Shown piece by piece: positions 20,167-31,037 of a stretch of 64,000 nt of DNA (position 1 is its first letter; the number at the start of each line of letters is the position of its first letter). The stretch is taken from positions 4,219 to 68,218 of the forward strand of contig JAHFNH010000002.1 of NCBI GenBank assembly GCA_023267435.1, given 5' to 3'. The position numbers and the translations under genes were made by a program. This stretch comes from Candidatus Nomurabacteria bacterium. GTDB lineage: Bacteria; Patescibacteriota; Minisyncoccia; Phycocordibacterales; UBA9973. Below the pieces are notes generated by a model, which was not told where the DNA came from, ran no database searches, and saw only the letters and a list, made by a program, of their open reading frames with translations.

Positions 20167-21423
20167 TTAGTTAGGCAAAAGAGCGTCTTCGGTGTAAGTA
20201 TTTGCCGGATCCCAGAGCATCCATGAATCAAGTCCGACATCAGATACTGCTTTAATTTGAGCGTCAACTAATTCTTTTGTATAAATTGCTCCGAGATTGA
20301 AATCTTGAAGCCAAGGTCGGAGTTTTTTAGGATCCTGACTCATTGCTTTCATGCGCGCAACACCTTTTTCCATTGAAACTTTAATAACTTCGTATGGCTT
20401 GGTTGCGGGTTTTTTAAAATTATTCCAACCTGGCGGAAAATGCGATGGATATACCATAGGTGCAAGATAGTCTACATAAGGCGCATCATGTTCTAATTGC
20501 TGTCCGATATTTAAGTCGTCTGTATTTGTCATAGTCATGCCAAAGACATCAGCTGATAGTTTTGGTCGCGGAGTTATTTCATTTTGTTCTCCGATAAAGT
20601 GATCATGTAAATATTTAAAGAAACTTGTCATTACATCTACTTTCGCTTTGCCATTTGAAACTGGGAAATAAATATCTTTCATATTTCCATCTGCCGGAAA
20701 ACGAATGTAATCATAATTTATTTCATCGAAACCATCCGCATACGCTTCTTGTCCTAAAGCAACTACATAATCCCAGACTTTTTGTGAACCAGAATCAAGC
20801 CAGTATGTACATTGGCTTTCCTTGTTTCTTTTGATTTCTCTTTTACATTTATCGTCTTCCCAAAGAGCATTTTTATCTGTTAATTTTTTAACAGCCAGAT
20901 CTTTCCATTTTTTAGCTAAGAATGGATCTTGGAAAGTTGCAATACGGCCGATAACGTAAATATTGTTGGCGTGCAGTTCTGCTATAAAACTTTTTATATC
21001 TGTGATTCTATTTTGTGCGGAGCCAACTTCTATGAGCTTAGGATCTTTAACCGGAAAAGAAATTCTACCTGTATAATCTTTTACATCTATTACGACAGCA
21101 TTCAACTCTGTACGTTTTATAACACCCACGATTTTGTTTCTAAAAGAAGGTGTTCCGGCTACCCAAGACGACATATAAACAGCTTTGAGTGGTACAGGAG
21201 TATCTAAATGAGTCACGACAACACTATCCTCCTTACTTAAGATTGGAACGGGTATGGTCACTGGAGGTGATACGATATCTTTCGGTGGAGGTACTTCGTA
21301 ATTGGATTGAGCTTCATATTGCAGATTATCAATTTCTGGCACCACAAAATAAGCAATAACAATCAAAAGAAAACAGGCCGAAACTCCTAGCCAAAAATTT
21401 CTTTTTTTAATTATTTTCTTCAT
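20167..21423 (-). CDS. Putative glycoside hydrolase (DUF4015-like)
   Basis: NAVVIDVKD, GFDEINYDYIRFP, PMVYPSH, RPWLQDF. Confidence 0.75.
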   Translation of the reverse strand: MKKIIKKRNFWLGVSACFLLIVIAYFVVPEIDNLQYEAQSNYEVPPPKDIVSPPVTIPVPILSKEDSVVVTHLDTPVPLKAVYMSSWVAGTPSFRNKIVGVIKRTELNAVVIDVKDYTGRISFPVKDPKLIEVGSAQNRITDIKSFIAELHANNIYVIGRIATFQDPFLAKKWKDLAVKKLTDKNALWEDDKCKREIKRNKESQCTYWLDSGSQKVWDYVVALGQEAYADGFDEINYDYIRFPADGNMKDIYFPVSNGKAKVDVMTSFFKYLHDHFIGEQNEITPRPKLSADVFGMTMTNTDDLNIGQQLEHDAPYVDYLAPMVYPSHFPPGWNNFKKPATKPYEVIKVSMEKGVARMKAMSQDPKKLRPWLQDFNLGAIYTKELVDAQIKAVSDVGLDSWMLWDPANTYTEDALLPN

Positions 21424-21706
21424 TTAAATTTTCCTGATGTTTATTTACGTTATTTATGTCAGAATATTCTCTTTCTGTTTTATGTTGATTTGCGTCAAAA
21501 TTTTGATTTTCTGAAAAATTGTCGAAAGTTTCTTGTTTCTTACCTCCTACTGTCATTTTAAATTCTTTATATAAAATATAAGAAAAATACATCAAACAAA
21601 GACCTGTTAGTGTAAATAAAGTATTTTTCCAAAAATACGGAAAACCCAAGTAAGGTAGTATTGCCACCCAAGTTCCAAATATTAAAAGTATTCTTGCTTT
21701 TCGCAT
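21407..21706 (-). CDS. Small two-TM membrane protein
   Basis: LPYLGFP motif; start set at ATG 21706, 6 nt after TATAAT. Confidence 0.7.
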   Translation of the reverse strand: MRKARILLIFGTWVAILPYLGFPYFWKNTLFTLTGLCLMYFSYILYKEFKMTVGGKKQETFDNFSENQNFDANQHKTEREYSDINNVNKHQENLNEENN

Positions 21707-21768
21707 CTGAGTATTATACCGCGTGCACCTACAAATATGCAACAATAAAATTGTTATATAATACTTTA

Positions 21769-23487
21769 CTATTTAAAATATTCTGGCGTGTTAACAGACA
21801 TCCAGTCTAGGAGTTCACGCATTATAAAAGGAGCCCCGACACCATTGGTAGATGGTCCAGCTTCCATCAGGATGGTAAAGGAATATTCTGGATTTTCGTA
21901 AGGAAAAAAACCCATCACCCAAGAGTTAACTTTATTTTTAGCGACACCGAGCTGAGCGGTACCTGTTTTAGAAGCGATATGCACATAAGGCACATTGAGC
22001 GCGACAGAAGTACCCACCAAGACACTTTGTCTCATTCCTTCATGCACGACATCGTAATCTTCTTTTTTAAAATCTATTTTTGAAATTTCATTTTCTTTTG
22101 TCGTATCTCCCAAAATAAAATGTGGAGTTACGAGTGTTCCGTAGTTTGCAATAGCTCCGACTGCTCGCACCATTTGAAGTGGTGTTACTTGAAATCCGTA
22201 TTGTCCGATGGCGGTGTGGTAAGTGTCTCCAATGCGCCATGGATCATTTTTAAATTTCTTCGCTTTCCATTCTGGGCTCGGTATCGTTCCTCCTGCTTCA
22301 TCCGGTAAATCAACATTCGTCTTTTCCCCTATCTTAAAAATATTGGCGTATTTTTCAATATTGGCGATACCAAGACCATGCTGTCCTTCGAATCCCCCGC
22401 CTATTTCATAAAAATAAACATCAGAAGATACAGCGAGAGCTTGTCGCATATCTACCCAACCTTGAGCTCTCCAGTCTTTGAAAACTGTTTTTTGATCTGG
22501 GAAATATGGGTTTTGAATCGAGATGGATCCTGTAGATAAAATCTTTTTTAAAGGATCGATAACTCCTTCATTGAGCGCGCCTAAGGCGAAAAATGGTTTG
22601 ACTATCGAACCTGGTGTATAGAGTCCAGAGAGAGTTCTGTCCATAAAAACGTTCCTTTTGTCTGTTAAATAACTTTTTATTGTCGCTGTGTCTTTTCCTT
22701 GTGAAAGAACTTCAGAATCATATTCAGGGAAACTGACTGATGTGACTATTTCTCCAGTTTTTACATTCATAATTACGCCGGCACCGCCTTTAAATGAATT
22801 GCTTTCAGATAATTTTTTTATTAAAGTGAATAATTGAGCCTGAATTCTAGAATCAAGTGTTGTTACTAGTTCTGTGCCATGTTGCGGAGCGTTGATTGTA
22901 TTTTCTGACTGAACTTTTTTGCGTGCATCTGTTTCAACAATTTTAGTTCCATTTTCTCCTTGAAGCTTGTCATTATATTCTTTTTCAAGCCCATCTTTTC
23001 CCTTAAATTCACTTTGCCAGTAATTTCCAGATTTGTCTTTAGCGGGATAAGTCACATAACCTAAAAGATGTGAAAAGCCTGGCGTCAAATATGCGCGAGT
23101 GGAAAAATCAGCACTTTCTTCTGTTTGCGCAGGTGAATCCCCCGCTTTTTTATTCCAGGCCAATTCTACTTTATTTCTGTCATAGATTATACCCCTGTCA
23201 GCAAAAATAATTTGTTTTTCCAGACTATTATTTTCGCTTCTATCAAAATACGTTTTACCTTTTTGTATTTGGAGATATATGAGTCGCACTGAGAACATTC
23301 CAGCGCAAACAAAAAAGAATATGCTTAGAAACAAGATGGTTCTTTTAGAAATTGGTTTTTCGATTCTTCCTTCAAACTGTTGTCTATCAAAATTTTGAAA
23401 ATTTTTTGAATCTAAAAAAATTTCGTCCGGTTCCACGAAAGAATTGATATTTTTTATTCTATTTTTTTTGATTATTCTACGGATCAT
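21769..23487 (-). CDS. mrdA: Class B penicillin-binding protein (PBP2-like)
   Basis: RGIIYDRN, PGSIVK, SSD, KTGTAQ. Confidence 0.88.
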   Translation of the reverse strand: MIRRIIKKNRIKNINSFVEPDEIFLDSKNFQNFDRQQFEGRIEKPISKRTILFLSIFFFVCAGMFSVRLIYLQIQKGKTYFDRSENNSLEKQIIFADRGIIYDRNKVELAWNKKAGDSPAQTEESADFSTRAYLTPGFSHLLGYVTYPAKDKSGNYWQSEFKGKDGLEKEYNDKLQGENGTKIVETDARKKVQSENTINAPQHGTELVTTLDSRIQAQLFTLIKKLSESNSFKGGAGVIMNVKTGEIVTSVSFPEYDSEVLSQGKDTATIKSYLTDKRNVFMDRTLSGLYTPGSIVKPFFALGALNEGVIDPLKKILSTGSISIQNPYFPDQKTVFKDWRAQGWVDMRQALAVSSDVYFYEIGGGFEGQHGLGIANIEKYANIFKIGEKTNVDLPDEAGGTIPSPEWKAKKFKNDPWRIGDTYHTAIGQYGFQVTPLQMVRAVGAIANYGTLVTPHFILGDTTKENEISKIDFKKEDYDVVHEGMRQSVLVGTSVALNVPYVHIASKTGTAQLGVAKNKVNSWVMGFFPYENPEYSFTILMEAGPSTNGVGAPFIMRELLDWMSVNTPEYFK

Positions 23488-23747
23488 TTTGGATAAAATT
23501 TTAATTTCTTTTTTAAGAATTCAAGTAATATTAAAATCAAAACAGAAATAATTAAAGATACAAAAACAGAATGAAAGAACCTTATTTCTTTTACTCCAAA
23601 AAGAAGATCAGAAATTAAAAATAATAAGACAGCTTCCCAAAAGAAAGAAAACAAAATCATGCCTAAAATTGATAAAACAAAAAATACCCAAAAAGGCATA
23701 AATAGGGCTGAAAATAGAAGTATAATAAAAGCTAAAATTCTAAGCAT
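23484..23747 (-). CDS. Small membrane protein (MreD-like position)
   Basis: Hydrophobic 87 aa ORF overlapping the PBP start. Confidence 0.6.
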   Translation of the reverse strand: MLRILAFIILLFSALFMPFWVFFVLSILGMILFSFFWEAVLLFLISDLLFGVKEIRFFHSVFVSLIISVLILILLEFLKKKLKFYPK

Positions 23748-23785
23748 TACATTCCTATATTACACGCTTAGTATAAAAAAACAAA

Positions 23786-24085
23786 CTAAAAGATTCGACG
23801 CCATATAAAACGCACAAGAAAGAAAATTATTACAGCTAAAAGTCCATAAAATACAAGTTTATTATTAAAGCCTATTTGTTTTCTGAATCCATCGATTACA
23901 TTCGCAGTCATTGTGATGGGTTTGGCAATAAAATCTGGAGTATTTCTTGTTACTATGTTTTGAATATTTTGTATAGAGTCTAAACTGGAAGAATTTTCAG
24001 CTCGAGCTATTTCGTTTAAAAATCTTGCAGGATAAAAGGAGGATAAAAGAATAAATATTACTAAAATAATTTTTTCTTTTCTCAT
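23786..24085 (-). CDS. Hypothetical membrane protein
   Basis: N- and C-terminal hydrophobic segments. Confidence 0.6.
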   Translation of the reverse strand: MRKEKIILVIFILLSSFYPARFLNEIARAENSSSLDSIQNIQNIVTRNTPDFIAKPITMTANVIDGFRKQIGFNNKLVFYGLLAVIIFFLVRFIWRRIF

Positions 24086-24194
24086 ATAGATATTTTACCA
24101 TAAAATTAATAGTTAAAAATAATAGTTGTTAACACTAAAAAACACCCATTTTATTGAGCGTTTTTTAGTGTTTAGAATATTAAGTTAATTTGGT

Positions 24195-24668
24195 TTATCT
24201 TGTTACAGAGATCGCTGCGCCGAGTTCAGCATTTGGAGCTGCTACGGTTACGCGATTATTTGCTGATTTCATAATAGTATAACAAACACCAACTGCGCTA
24301 CACACACCATTAGGGTCAGATGGCATAGATACTATATATTTTTCTGCAGCAGTAAGAACATTTAAATCAACAGTTGCACCACAAACTATTATACCGTTAC
24401 TTTTACAGATTTCTGTTGCAGCACCAGTAATGAATGCAGGTAATGCTCCGCCATTATCAATAGCATACTGATAAGTAGCATTCAAGATAGTGTTGACATC
24501 AGATCGTCTCTGAGCATTTCTTGATTCAGCTAATTGTTTGGCTGGGTTGATGGCTATAATGACGATTGCCGCTAAGATGGCGATCATCGCTATCACCAAC
24601 AAAACTTCCAAGAGAGTGAATCCTTTTTGTTGCTTAAATTTATTTTGAAACAAATTAAACATTTTCAT
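24195..24668 (-). CDS. Type IV major pilin-like protein
   Basis: G/FTLLE class III signal; own terminator at about 24130-24172. Confidence 0.9.
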   Translation of the reverse strand: MKMFNLFQNKFKQQKGFTLLEVLLVIAMIAILAAIVIIAINPAKQLAESRNAQRRSDVNTILNATYQYAIDNGGALPAFITGAATEICKSNGIIVCGATVDLNVLTAAEKYIVSMPSDPNGVCSAVGVCYTIMKSANNRVTVAAPNAELGAAISVTR

Positions 24669-24776
24669 ATGATTTTTTTTTATTAATAATAATTACTCTT
24701 CTAATACTTTAATCATAACAAGCATATTTTTTATGCACAAATATTTTATGGGGATAAAGTGGATAAATAAAAGTTT

Positions 24777-25187
24777 TTAAGAAACTTCCTGCCATGATGT
24801 CACATTGATCGATGGATTTATCTGGTCGATAGTTATTAAAATTTTTCTAACGACGGTTCCAACTGTTCCAGTTGATGTGATTGTCCTGTTTTCAGCTCCA
24901 TTATCTACAACATCATAAGTACAAGAGTCTGGCCCAATACTTATAGTATTAGTGCCGACGAATGCTGTTGAATTTCTTATCTCTTGTAGAGCGGATTCAG
25001 CACACAAATTGGCTAAAGATTTAGCTTTACTTGATTCTTCTATGATAAAACCTGTTTTAGAAGATCCGAGTCCTATAAGTAAAACTGAACTGGCTATCGC
25101 TATAGCCACGGCGCCAAAAACTAAGACGGCGAACATCGTCACAAACCCTTTTTCATTATTAAATTTATTTTTTCTAAATAATTTCAT
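24777..25187 (-). CDS. Minor pilin (PilX/GspK-like)
   Basis: G/FVTMF lacking E5; C-terminal SWQE. Confidence 0.75.
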   Translation of the reverse strand: MKLFRKNKFNNEKGFVTMFAVLVFGAVAIAIASSVLLIGLGSSKTGFIIEESSKAKSLANLCAESALQEIRNSTAFVGTNTISIGPDSCTYDVVDNGAENRTITSTGTVGTVVRKILITIDQINPSINVTSWQEVS

Positions 25188-25202
25188 AAATTTTTCACTT
25201 AA

Positions 25203-25733
25203 TTAGTGATGCAAAGTAGCACTTCCATAAAACGTTCGCGAATAATTATATTCATTCCTACTGCTTGGATTTAAATAAGACAAAGTAAAAGAAATCCCTA
25301 CAGTGCCAGGCGTTAATGGGCGTGATAAATTCTCAAACGATAGACTAGAAGCCGAAACTTGCAAGTTATTTGTTAAAGATATTGCAGGATCAAATCCTTC
25401 TCTTATTCTAATTTCATTTCCTGATAAACTGAAAACTGTTGGATCTTTCAATGGATTAACAACACTGAGCGATAAAGAAACGTCATTTATTCCAGTTGAA
25501 GGAGAATTAATACTATTTGCATTGCGGATAGTCTGAGTCATAAGTTGCATTATTTGAGTTCCCTCCCCATCTACTTCGGATATAACTTGGTTTTTAATTC
25601 TTGATTCTAAAAAAGTAGAAAGCATCATAGATATGGCTAGAAGCATAATAGCTGACAAACTGATATATAAAATCAATTCGACTAAAGTATAGCCTTTATC
25701 TTCTTTTAAATATTTTTTGAAATTATTTTTCAT
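25203..25733 (-). CDS. Minor pilin (PilW/GspJ-like)
   Basis: G/YTLVE. Confidence 0.8.
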   Translation of the reverse strand: MKNNFKKYLKEDKGYTLVELILYISLSAIMLLAISMMLSTFLESRIKNQVISEVDGEGTQIMQLMTQTIRNANSINSPSTGINDVSLSLSVVNPLKDPTVFSLSGNEIRIREGFDPAISLTNNLQVSASSLSFENLSRPLTPGTVGISFTLSYLNPSSRNEYNYSRTFYGSATLHH

Positions 25734-25743
25734 ATTTTTTTAT

Positions 25744-26181
25744 TTAAAACGGCTTCCAATTTGTCAGATAAGTAGTTAAAACAACATTGCCAGTTCTTTG
25801 TAGATTTTGTTGCCAATCAACCGTAGATTTTATTAATTTTGTATTCGCATCAACGGTTGAAATATTTATTGTTCGAGTGAATATGCCATTTGTATCTGGT
25901 GTCACATCAAGTGTCCACTGACTCGCAACTTTTGTAAGACCATACGATCCGTCTGTTAAATTTGCAAAATTTTCATCTCGAATATTTCTAACAGCTTCAA
26001 GCCCTTCTTCAGACAAAAATACCGCTTGTGAATGTTTTCCGCCTAAAGATGAAGTTTCTTCGCCGAGACTTAAAATACCAACTAAAGACATTATTAATGT
26101 TGAAAAAATTACCGCAGTCAATAAAACCTCAATGAGGCTGAAACCAGAATTATTATTAATATGTAAGCGCCCCTTTTTCAT
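25744..26181 (-). CDS. Minor pilin (PilV/GspI-like)
   Basis: G/FSLIE, EEGLEAVR. Confidence 0.8.
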   Translation of the reverse strand: MKKGRLHINNNSGFSLIEVLLTAVIFSTLIMSLVGILSLGEETSSLGGKHSQAVFLSEEGLEAVRNIRDENFANLTDGSYGLTKVASQWTLDVTPDTNGIFTRTINISTVDANTKLIKSTVDWQQNLQRTGNVVLTTYLTNWKPF

Positions 26182-26596
26182 TGATTGATATTGTACGAAT
26201 ATTTCCAGCAGTTGATAATGTTAAGATACCGGCACTATTTGGAAATCCATCTAATTTTGAAAAAACTATTTCTGTCAGACCAGTTGCAGAAATAATTGCG
26301 GGCATGTCAGATACTTCGTCGAAATCTACATCTCTAGTGGCGAAACCAGCACCCTTGAATAAGGTTATAGTGTCACTAGCAATATTTACACCCCAAGTAG
26401 AATCTCCATCGACTGCTTCAGACAATACTTGAGCTCTTCTTAAATTTTCCACGATAGTTCCGATAGTAGTATCGACATTATTACGGATTTGATAATCCTG
26501 ATAGATCGGAGCTGAGATACCAAAAATTAGAACAATGACGGATATAGATAAAATGACTTCGATCAATGTAAAACCTTTTGAGAAATTTTTGATCAT
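26156..26596 (-). CDS. Minor pilin (FimT/GspH-like)
   Basis: G/FTLIE, LRRAQ, terminal I.IN..G. Confidence 0.8.
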   Translation of the reverse strand: MIKNFSKGFTLIEVILSISVIVLIFGISAPIYQDYQIRNNVDTTIGTIVENLRRAQVLSEAVDGDSTWGVNIASDTITLFKGAGFATRDVDFDEVSDMPAIISATGLTEIVFSKLDGFPNSAGILTLSTAGNIRTISINEKGALTY

Positions 26597-26607
26597 ATTT
26601 TTATAAT

Positions 26608-27741
26608 TTACCTTACAATCACATTAGTAACAGGGATGCTTGGTGCAATTTCCTTATTCATTCCCCCTATCAAGCTATAAATAGGCATTATTATGGATAA
26701 TGCCACAGCCATGACTCCAAACCATACGAAAATCAGAAGAATCGGTTCGAGTGCCACAGTTAAGTTTTTGATAGTATTATCTGATTTATTTTCAAAAGCT
26801 TCACCAATATTTTTTAAAACACCTGACAAATTTCCAGATTGTTCTCCGACGACGATCATTTGCACTATTGTGCTTGGAATCATTTTGTTTGTATTATGGA
26901 AAAGCAAAAAAGATTTTTGTAAAGAATTACCTTCTTCTACATGTTTTCTTATGCTTCCATATAATTTTTTATAATTTTCAAGATTAGTCGAATCATAAAG
27001 TACAGAAAGTGAATCATTCAAAGATACGCCAGCGCTTAGTAGATTGCCTAAGATATATCCGAATCTGGATATTTCTATTTCTCTCATTAATTTTTTAATT
27101 CCTGGAATAGAAAATAAAAAGGCTTGGCCTATGAATTTTGTCTGTTGGTTATAAAAAATAAAATAACTTACTAGGATTATAAAAAATAATAAAGCTGGAA
27201 TAAAAATCAATCCATAATTTACCAAGAATGAACTGAAAGCAATAAATATTTTTGTTATAAGAGGAAGCTGAACATTCAATTCTGTGAATACTGGAATTAG
27301 TTTCGGCAAGATAAACCAAAAAATTCCAATCGCGACAATCAGTGTGACTGACAAAACTAAAATCGGATATGCCATAGCGCTCTGTATTCGCGATAATGCA
27401 ACTCTATCTTTTTGCTGTTGCACAGCTATAGCGTTTAAGTTGGCGCCGAGTTGTCCTGATTTCTCCCCTATTTTTATAAGCGTTATAGTAGACGCGCTGA
27501 AAATTCCAGCTTCTTTAAGAGCCTGCCAAAGCGGTGCACCTTGTTCTACTTCGTTCTTTACGTCTAAAATTATTCTTCTGATTTTTTTAGAACGTATTCC
27601 ACTGGTGATTATTCCTAAAGATTCTGTTATACCTACACCTGCATTTACAAGCATGGCTAAGTTTTCAATAAAATAATTTCTCTCTTCTCCGAGATTAATT
27701 TTTGAAAAAATATTTAATTTCTTCTTTTTATTTTTTTTCAT
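26608..27741 (-). CDS. pilC: Type IV pilus/T2SS platform protein (PilC/GspF)
   Basis: Two GE.SG.L repeats, AMAYP, LEP; start approximate. Confidence 0.88.
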   Translation of the reverse strand: MKKNKKKKLNIFSKINLGEERNYFIENLAMLVNAGVGITESLGIITSGIRSKKIRRIILDVKNEVEQGAPLWQALKEAGIFSASTITLIKIGEKSGQLGANLNAIAVQQQKDRVALSRIQSAMAYPILVLSVTLIVAIGIFWFILPKLIPVFTELNVQLPLITKIFIAFSSFLVNYGLIFIPALLFFIILVSYFIFYNQQTKFIGQAFLFSIPGIKKLMREIEISRFGYILGNLLSAGVSLNDSLSVLYDSTNLENYKKLYGSIRKHVEEGNSLQKSFLLFHNTNKMIPSTIVQMIVVGEQSGNLSGVLKNIGEAFENKSDNTIKNLTVALEPILLIFVWFGVMAVALSIIMPIYSLIGGMNKEIAPSIPVTNVIVR

Positions 27742-29410
27742 AAATATTTTGAGCATGAATTGGAGAAGCGACTCGGAGCAATTCTTCAAGTGTTGTGATT
27801 CCAGCTTTTACTTTTTCTAATCCATCTTGAAATAAAGATTTTGAACCTTGGCTTTTTGCTAAATCCCAAATTTGTTTAGCAGAAGGATTTTTTAGAACTA
27901 AATCATGAATTTCGGGCGTAATGTGAATAATTTCAAAAAGAGCAGTTCTTCCATGATAGCCTGTATTGTCACAAGATTTGCAACCTGCGCCTTTATAAAG
28001 AATCATTCCTTTATCCATATATTCTCCTGTAAAGAATTTTTTTATATCATTTTCCTTAGACTCATCGACTACGCGACATTTGTCGCAAATTTTTTGTACT
28101 AGGCGTTGAGCAACGATTAATTCTAATGTTGAAGCTAAAAGAAACGGACTGATGCCAAGGTCGATAAATCTAGGTATCGCAGTGGCTGCATCATTTGAGT
28201 GAAAAGTTGATAATAAAAGATGGCCTGTCAAAGCTGCTCCGATGGCTATTTGAGCTGTTTCTTCATCGCGAACTTCTCCGACTAAAATAATATTTGGATC
28301 TTGTCTGACAATAGATTGCAGTCCTTTTGCAAAAGTAAGATTGGTTAGTGGATTTACTTGGACTTGGTTTATGCCTGGAATTTTATATTCTACCGGATCT
28401 TCTATTGTTGTTATGTTAACCTCAGAATTATTCAACACTTTTAATATTGAATAAACTGTAGTGGTTTTTCCAGATCCAGTCGGACCAGTGACTACGATCA
28501 TCCCAAATGGTTTTTTTGAGGCTTCCATTATCATAGCTTGATGATCTGAAGAAAGTCCTATGTCGCTGAGTGAGAAGCTTCGAATATTTTCTGAAAGTAT
28601 GCGAATAGCTATTTTTTCTCCATCGAGTGTTGGCAATATCGAAACTCTCATATTGATTGTTTCGCCATTTTTAACATAACGGATAGCGCCGTCTTGCGCT
28701 GAAAAATGTTCGTCTGTTCGCAAATATGCTTGAACTTTAATTCTGTTTAATATGTTTTCATAATATTTTTTAGAAAAACGTCCCACTTCGCGCAATATTC
28801 CATCAATACGAAAACGCACAACAACTTCATTTTCCTGAGGTTCGAAATGTATGTCTGAACTCGAATATTGGAGAGCATCATTAAATATTTCTTCTATGAT
28901 CTCCGGAGCGATACCCCGACCGGAATTTATTATTTCGATAAAGCGAGCTTTGAGTGATCGTTTGTATTGCTTTAGAGCTGTATCGATATCTTCGGGCAAG
29001 GAATAATTTAATTCAATTATTTTTTTAGTAAAAAACTGTTTTAATACTGAGGCATTTTTTTTCAATTCTTTTGGATTGTCTGTAGTAATTATTACAGTTT
29101 TATCATTTCCTTTAATAAAAATAACCCTATGTTTTTTTGCTATTTCTTCTGGAATTTCTAACACTTGTTCTGAAGTTACCGGTTTGGAACCTAGGTTAAA
29201 ATAAGGGACATCAAACCATAAAGCTATAGATTCACCTAAAGTATTATTATTAATAATTCCCTTCATTAATAAATATTCAATAACAGATATATTGTTTTTA
29301 TTGGAAAATTCCTTAGCTTTTTTAAGTTCGATAGGCGTGATATGTTTATCGCGCAATAAAACATCTTCAATAAATAACTCTCCCTCTGAATTATCATTAT
29401 TAGTTTTCAT
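27728..29410 (-). CDS. pilB: Type IV pilus assembly ATPase (PilB/GspE)
   Basis: SDIHFEP, GPTGSGKT, EDPVE, RQDP, CxxC pairs; start approximate. Confidence 0.92.
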   Translation of the reverse strand: MKTNNDNSEGELFIEDVLLRDKHITPIELKKAKEFSNKNNISVIEYLLMKGIINNNTLGESIALWFDVPYFNLGSKPVTSEQVLEIPEEIAKKHRVIFIKGNDKTVIITTDNPKELKKNASVLKQFFTKKIIELNYSLPEDIDTALKQYKRSLKARFIEIINSGRGIAPEIIEEIFNDALQYSSSDIHFEPQENEVVVRFRIDGILREVGRFSKKYYENILNRIKVQAYLRTDEHFSAQDGAIRYVKNGETINMRVSILPTLDGEKIAIRILSENIRSFSLSDIGLSSDHQAMIMEASKKPFGMIVVTGPTGSGKTTTVYSILKVLNNSEVNITTIEDPVEYKIPGINQVQVNPLTNLTFAKGLQSIVRQDPNIILVGEVRDEETAQIAIGAALTGHLLLSTFHSNDAATAIPRFIDLGISPFLLASTLELIVAQRLVQKICDKCRVVDESKENDIKKFFTGEYMDKGMILYKGAGCKSCDNTGYHGRTALFEIIHITPEIHDLVLKNPSAKQIWDLAKSQGSKSLFQDGLEKVKAGITTLEELLRVASPIHAQNIYEKK

Positions 29411-29496
29411 ATTATTATTAAGGATATCACAGAACTTTCCCATATAAAATCAATTAATGTGGATAATATAAAAATATAATGCGAATTTCGTTTATT

Positions 29497-30981
29497 CTAT
29501 TCTACGTGAACTTGTATATCAGTGCGTTCTTTTTTTAACTTAAGAAAAAGTGCGGCAAATGATCCAATAAATATTATTATTGCAGCGACTATAAAGACAT
29601 AATCATAAGCGTCTATTTGAGCCTTCAGAGTTATAAGTGAAATATATTTTTGTATATCAAATGGAGTATGACTGTTTAGTTTACTGAAGCTGTTTATAGT
29701 GAGCATATTTGTTTTTATTCTATTATTTAAAATTGTCGCGAAGATAGCTATGCCGAATGCGCCGGAAATATTTCGTACTAATGCGAGGATAGACGAAGCA
29801 ATACCTATTTCACTTTGAGGTACAGCTGAGGCGATTATGTTTGTACGCTGAGCCATACCGAATCCTAGTCCGAACGCCATGATTGATAAAGGAATGATAA
29901 TATCGAGTGCGGTTGATTTTGGATCAAGATAGGAAAACATGAAAATACCTATCGCTGCTACGAGAGTACTGGCAAATATTACGTATCGAGATTGCACTTT
30001 CCCTGTCAGATAACCACCGAGCGGTGCAGCAAACATCATGGCGGCAGCCATCGGCATAAAAAGATACCCTGATTCAGCAGCATTGTATCCCAAGAAAGTC
30101 TGAGCAAAAACTGGAATAAGAAAAACACCTCCCATCATTCCCATGAATACAATAAAGTTATTGAGAAGTGCGTTGACGAATGCTGGAATTTTGAAAAACT
30201 TAAGATCCACAATCGGTTCAGGAACTTTTTGTTCAATTTTTATGAAAAGACCTAGAAGTACAATAGTTGAGAAATAACACACGAAGCTGCCTATTGAAAA
30301 CCATCCCCAATCAGCTCCTTTGTCTAGAACTAATACCAAAGCAGAAAGCATACCTCCTAAAGTTATAGCTCCCCACCAGTCGAAGAATTTAGTTTTTACT
30401 TCCGAGCGAGATTCATTGATAAATTTAAGTGCCATGTATATACCCAATATTCCAATCGGTAAATTAACTAAGAAGACAGATCGCCATCCGAAAGTATCAA
30501 TCAACGGTCCGCCCAATAATGGCCCAAAAACTGTCGCAGCGGCAAACGATGATGACCATATTCCGAGTGCTTGCGCACGTTCCTTTCCTTCTTTAAAAGT
30601 TACGGCGATTATCGCCATGGCTGTGGGATAATCCGCTGATCCAGCAATAGCTTGGATTATGCGAAAGACAATCATAGATGAAAGATTCCAAGCAAAACCA
30701 GCGAGCACTGATCCTAAAATAAAAATAGAAAATCCTATTATGTAAACTTTTTTTCTTCCGATTGTATCTCCGAGTTTACCCCAGATAGGAACGAAAACAG
30801 CATTCGCTAAAATATAGGCTGTAGCGATCCATCCAGCCGAAGAAACAGTGATACTGAAATCATTAATTATTTTTGGTAATGCTAAGTTAACAATAGTTTG
30901 GTCAAGTCTGCCTAGAAAAGTACCTATGATAACGGTAAGTAAAATCCACCAGCGTAGATTGTTTTTAGGTTGTGTATTCAT
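29497..30981 (-). CDS. DHA2 MFS efflux permease (EmrB/QacA)
   Basis: LDQTIVNLALP, GKLGDTIGRKK, WRSVFLVNLPIG. Confidence 0.92.
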   Translation of the reverse strand: MNTQPKNNLRWWILLTVIIGTFLGRLDQTIVNLALPKIINDFSITVSSAGWIATAYILANAVFVPIWGKLGDTIGRKKVYIIGFSIFILGSVLAGFAWNLSSMIVFRIIQAIAGSADYPTAMAIIAVTFKEGKERAQALGIWSSSFAAATVFGPLLGGPLIDTFGWRSVFLVNLPIGILGIYMALKFINESRSEVKTKFFDWWGAITLGGMLSALVLVLDKGADWGWFSIGSFVCYFSTIVLLGLFIKIEQKVPEPIVDLKFFKIPAFVNALLNNFIVFMGMMGGVFLIPVFAQTFLGYNAAESGYLFMPMAAAMMFAAPLGGYLTGKVQSRYVIFASTLVAAIGIFMFSYLDPKSTALDIIIPLSIMAFGLGFGMAQRTNIIASAVPQSEIGIASSILALVRNISGAFGIAIFATILNNRIKTNMLTINSFSKLNSHTPFDIQKYISLITLKAQIDAYDYVFIVAAIIIFIGSFAALFLKLKKERTDIQVHVE

Positions 30982-31037
30982 ATGATTTAGTTTATAGCCT
31001 AGCTACGAATTTACTAATTCGAATCACGCTTGGCGCT

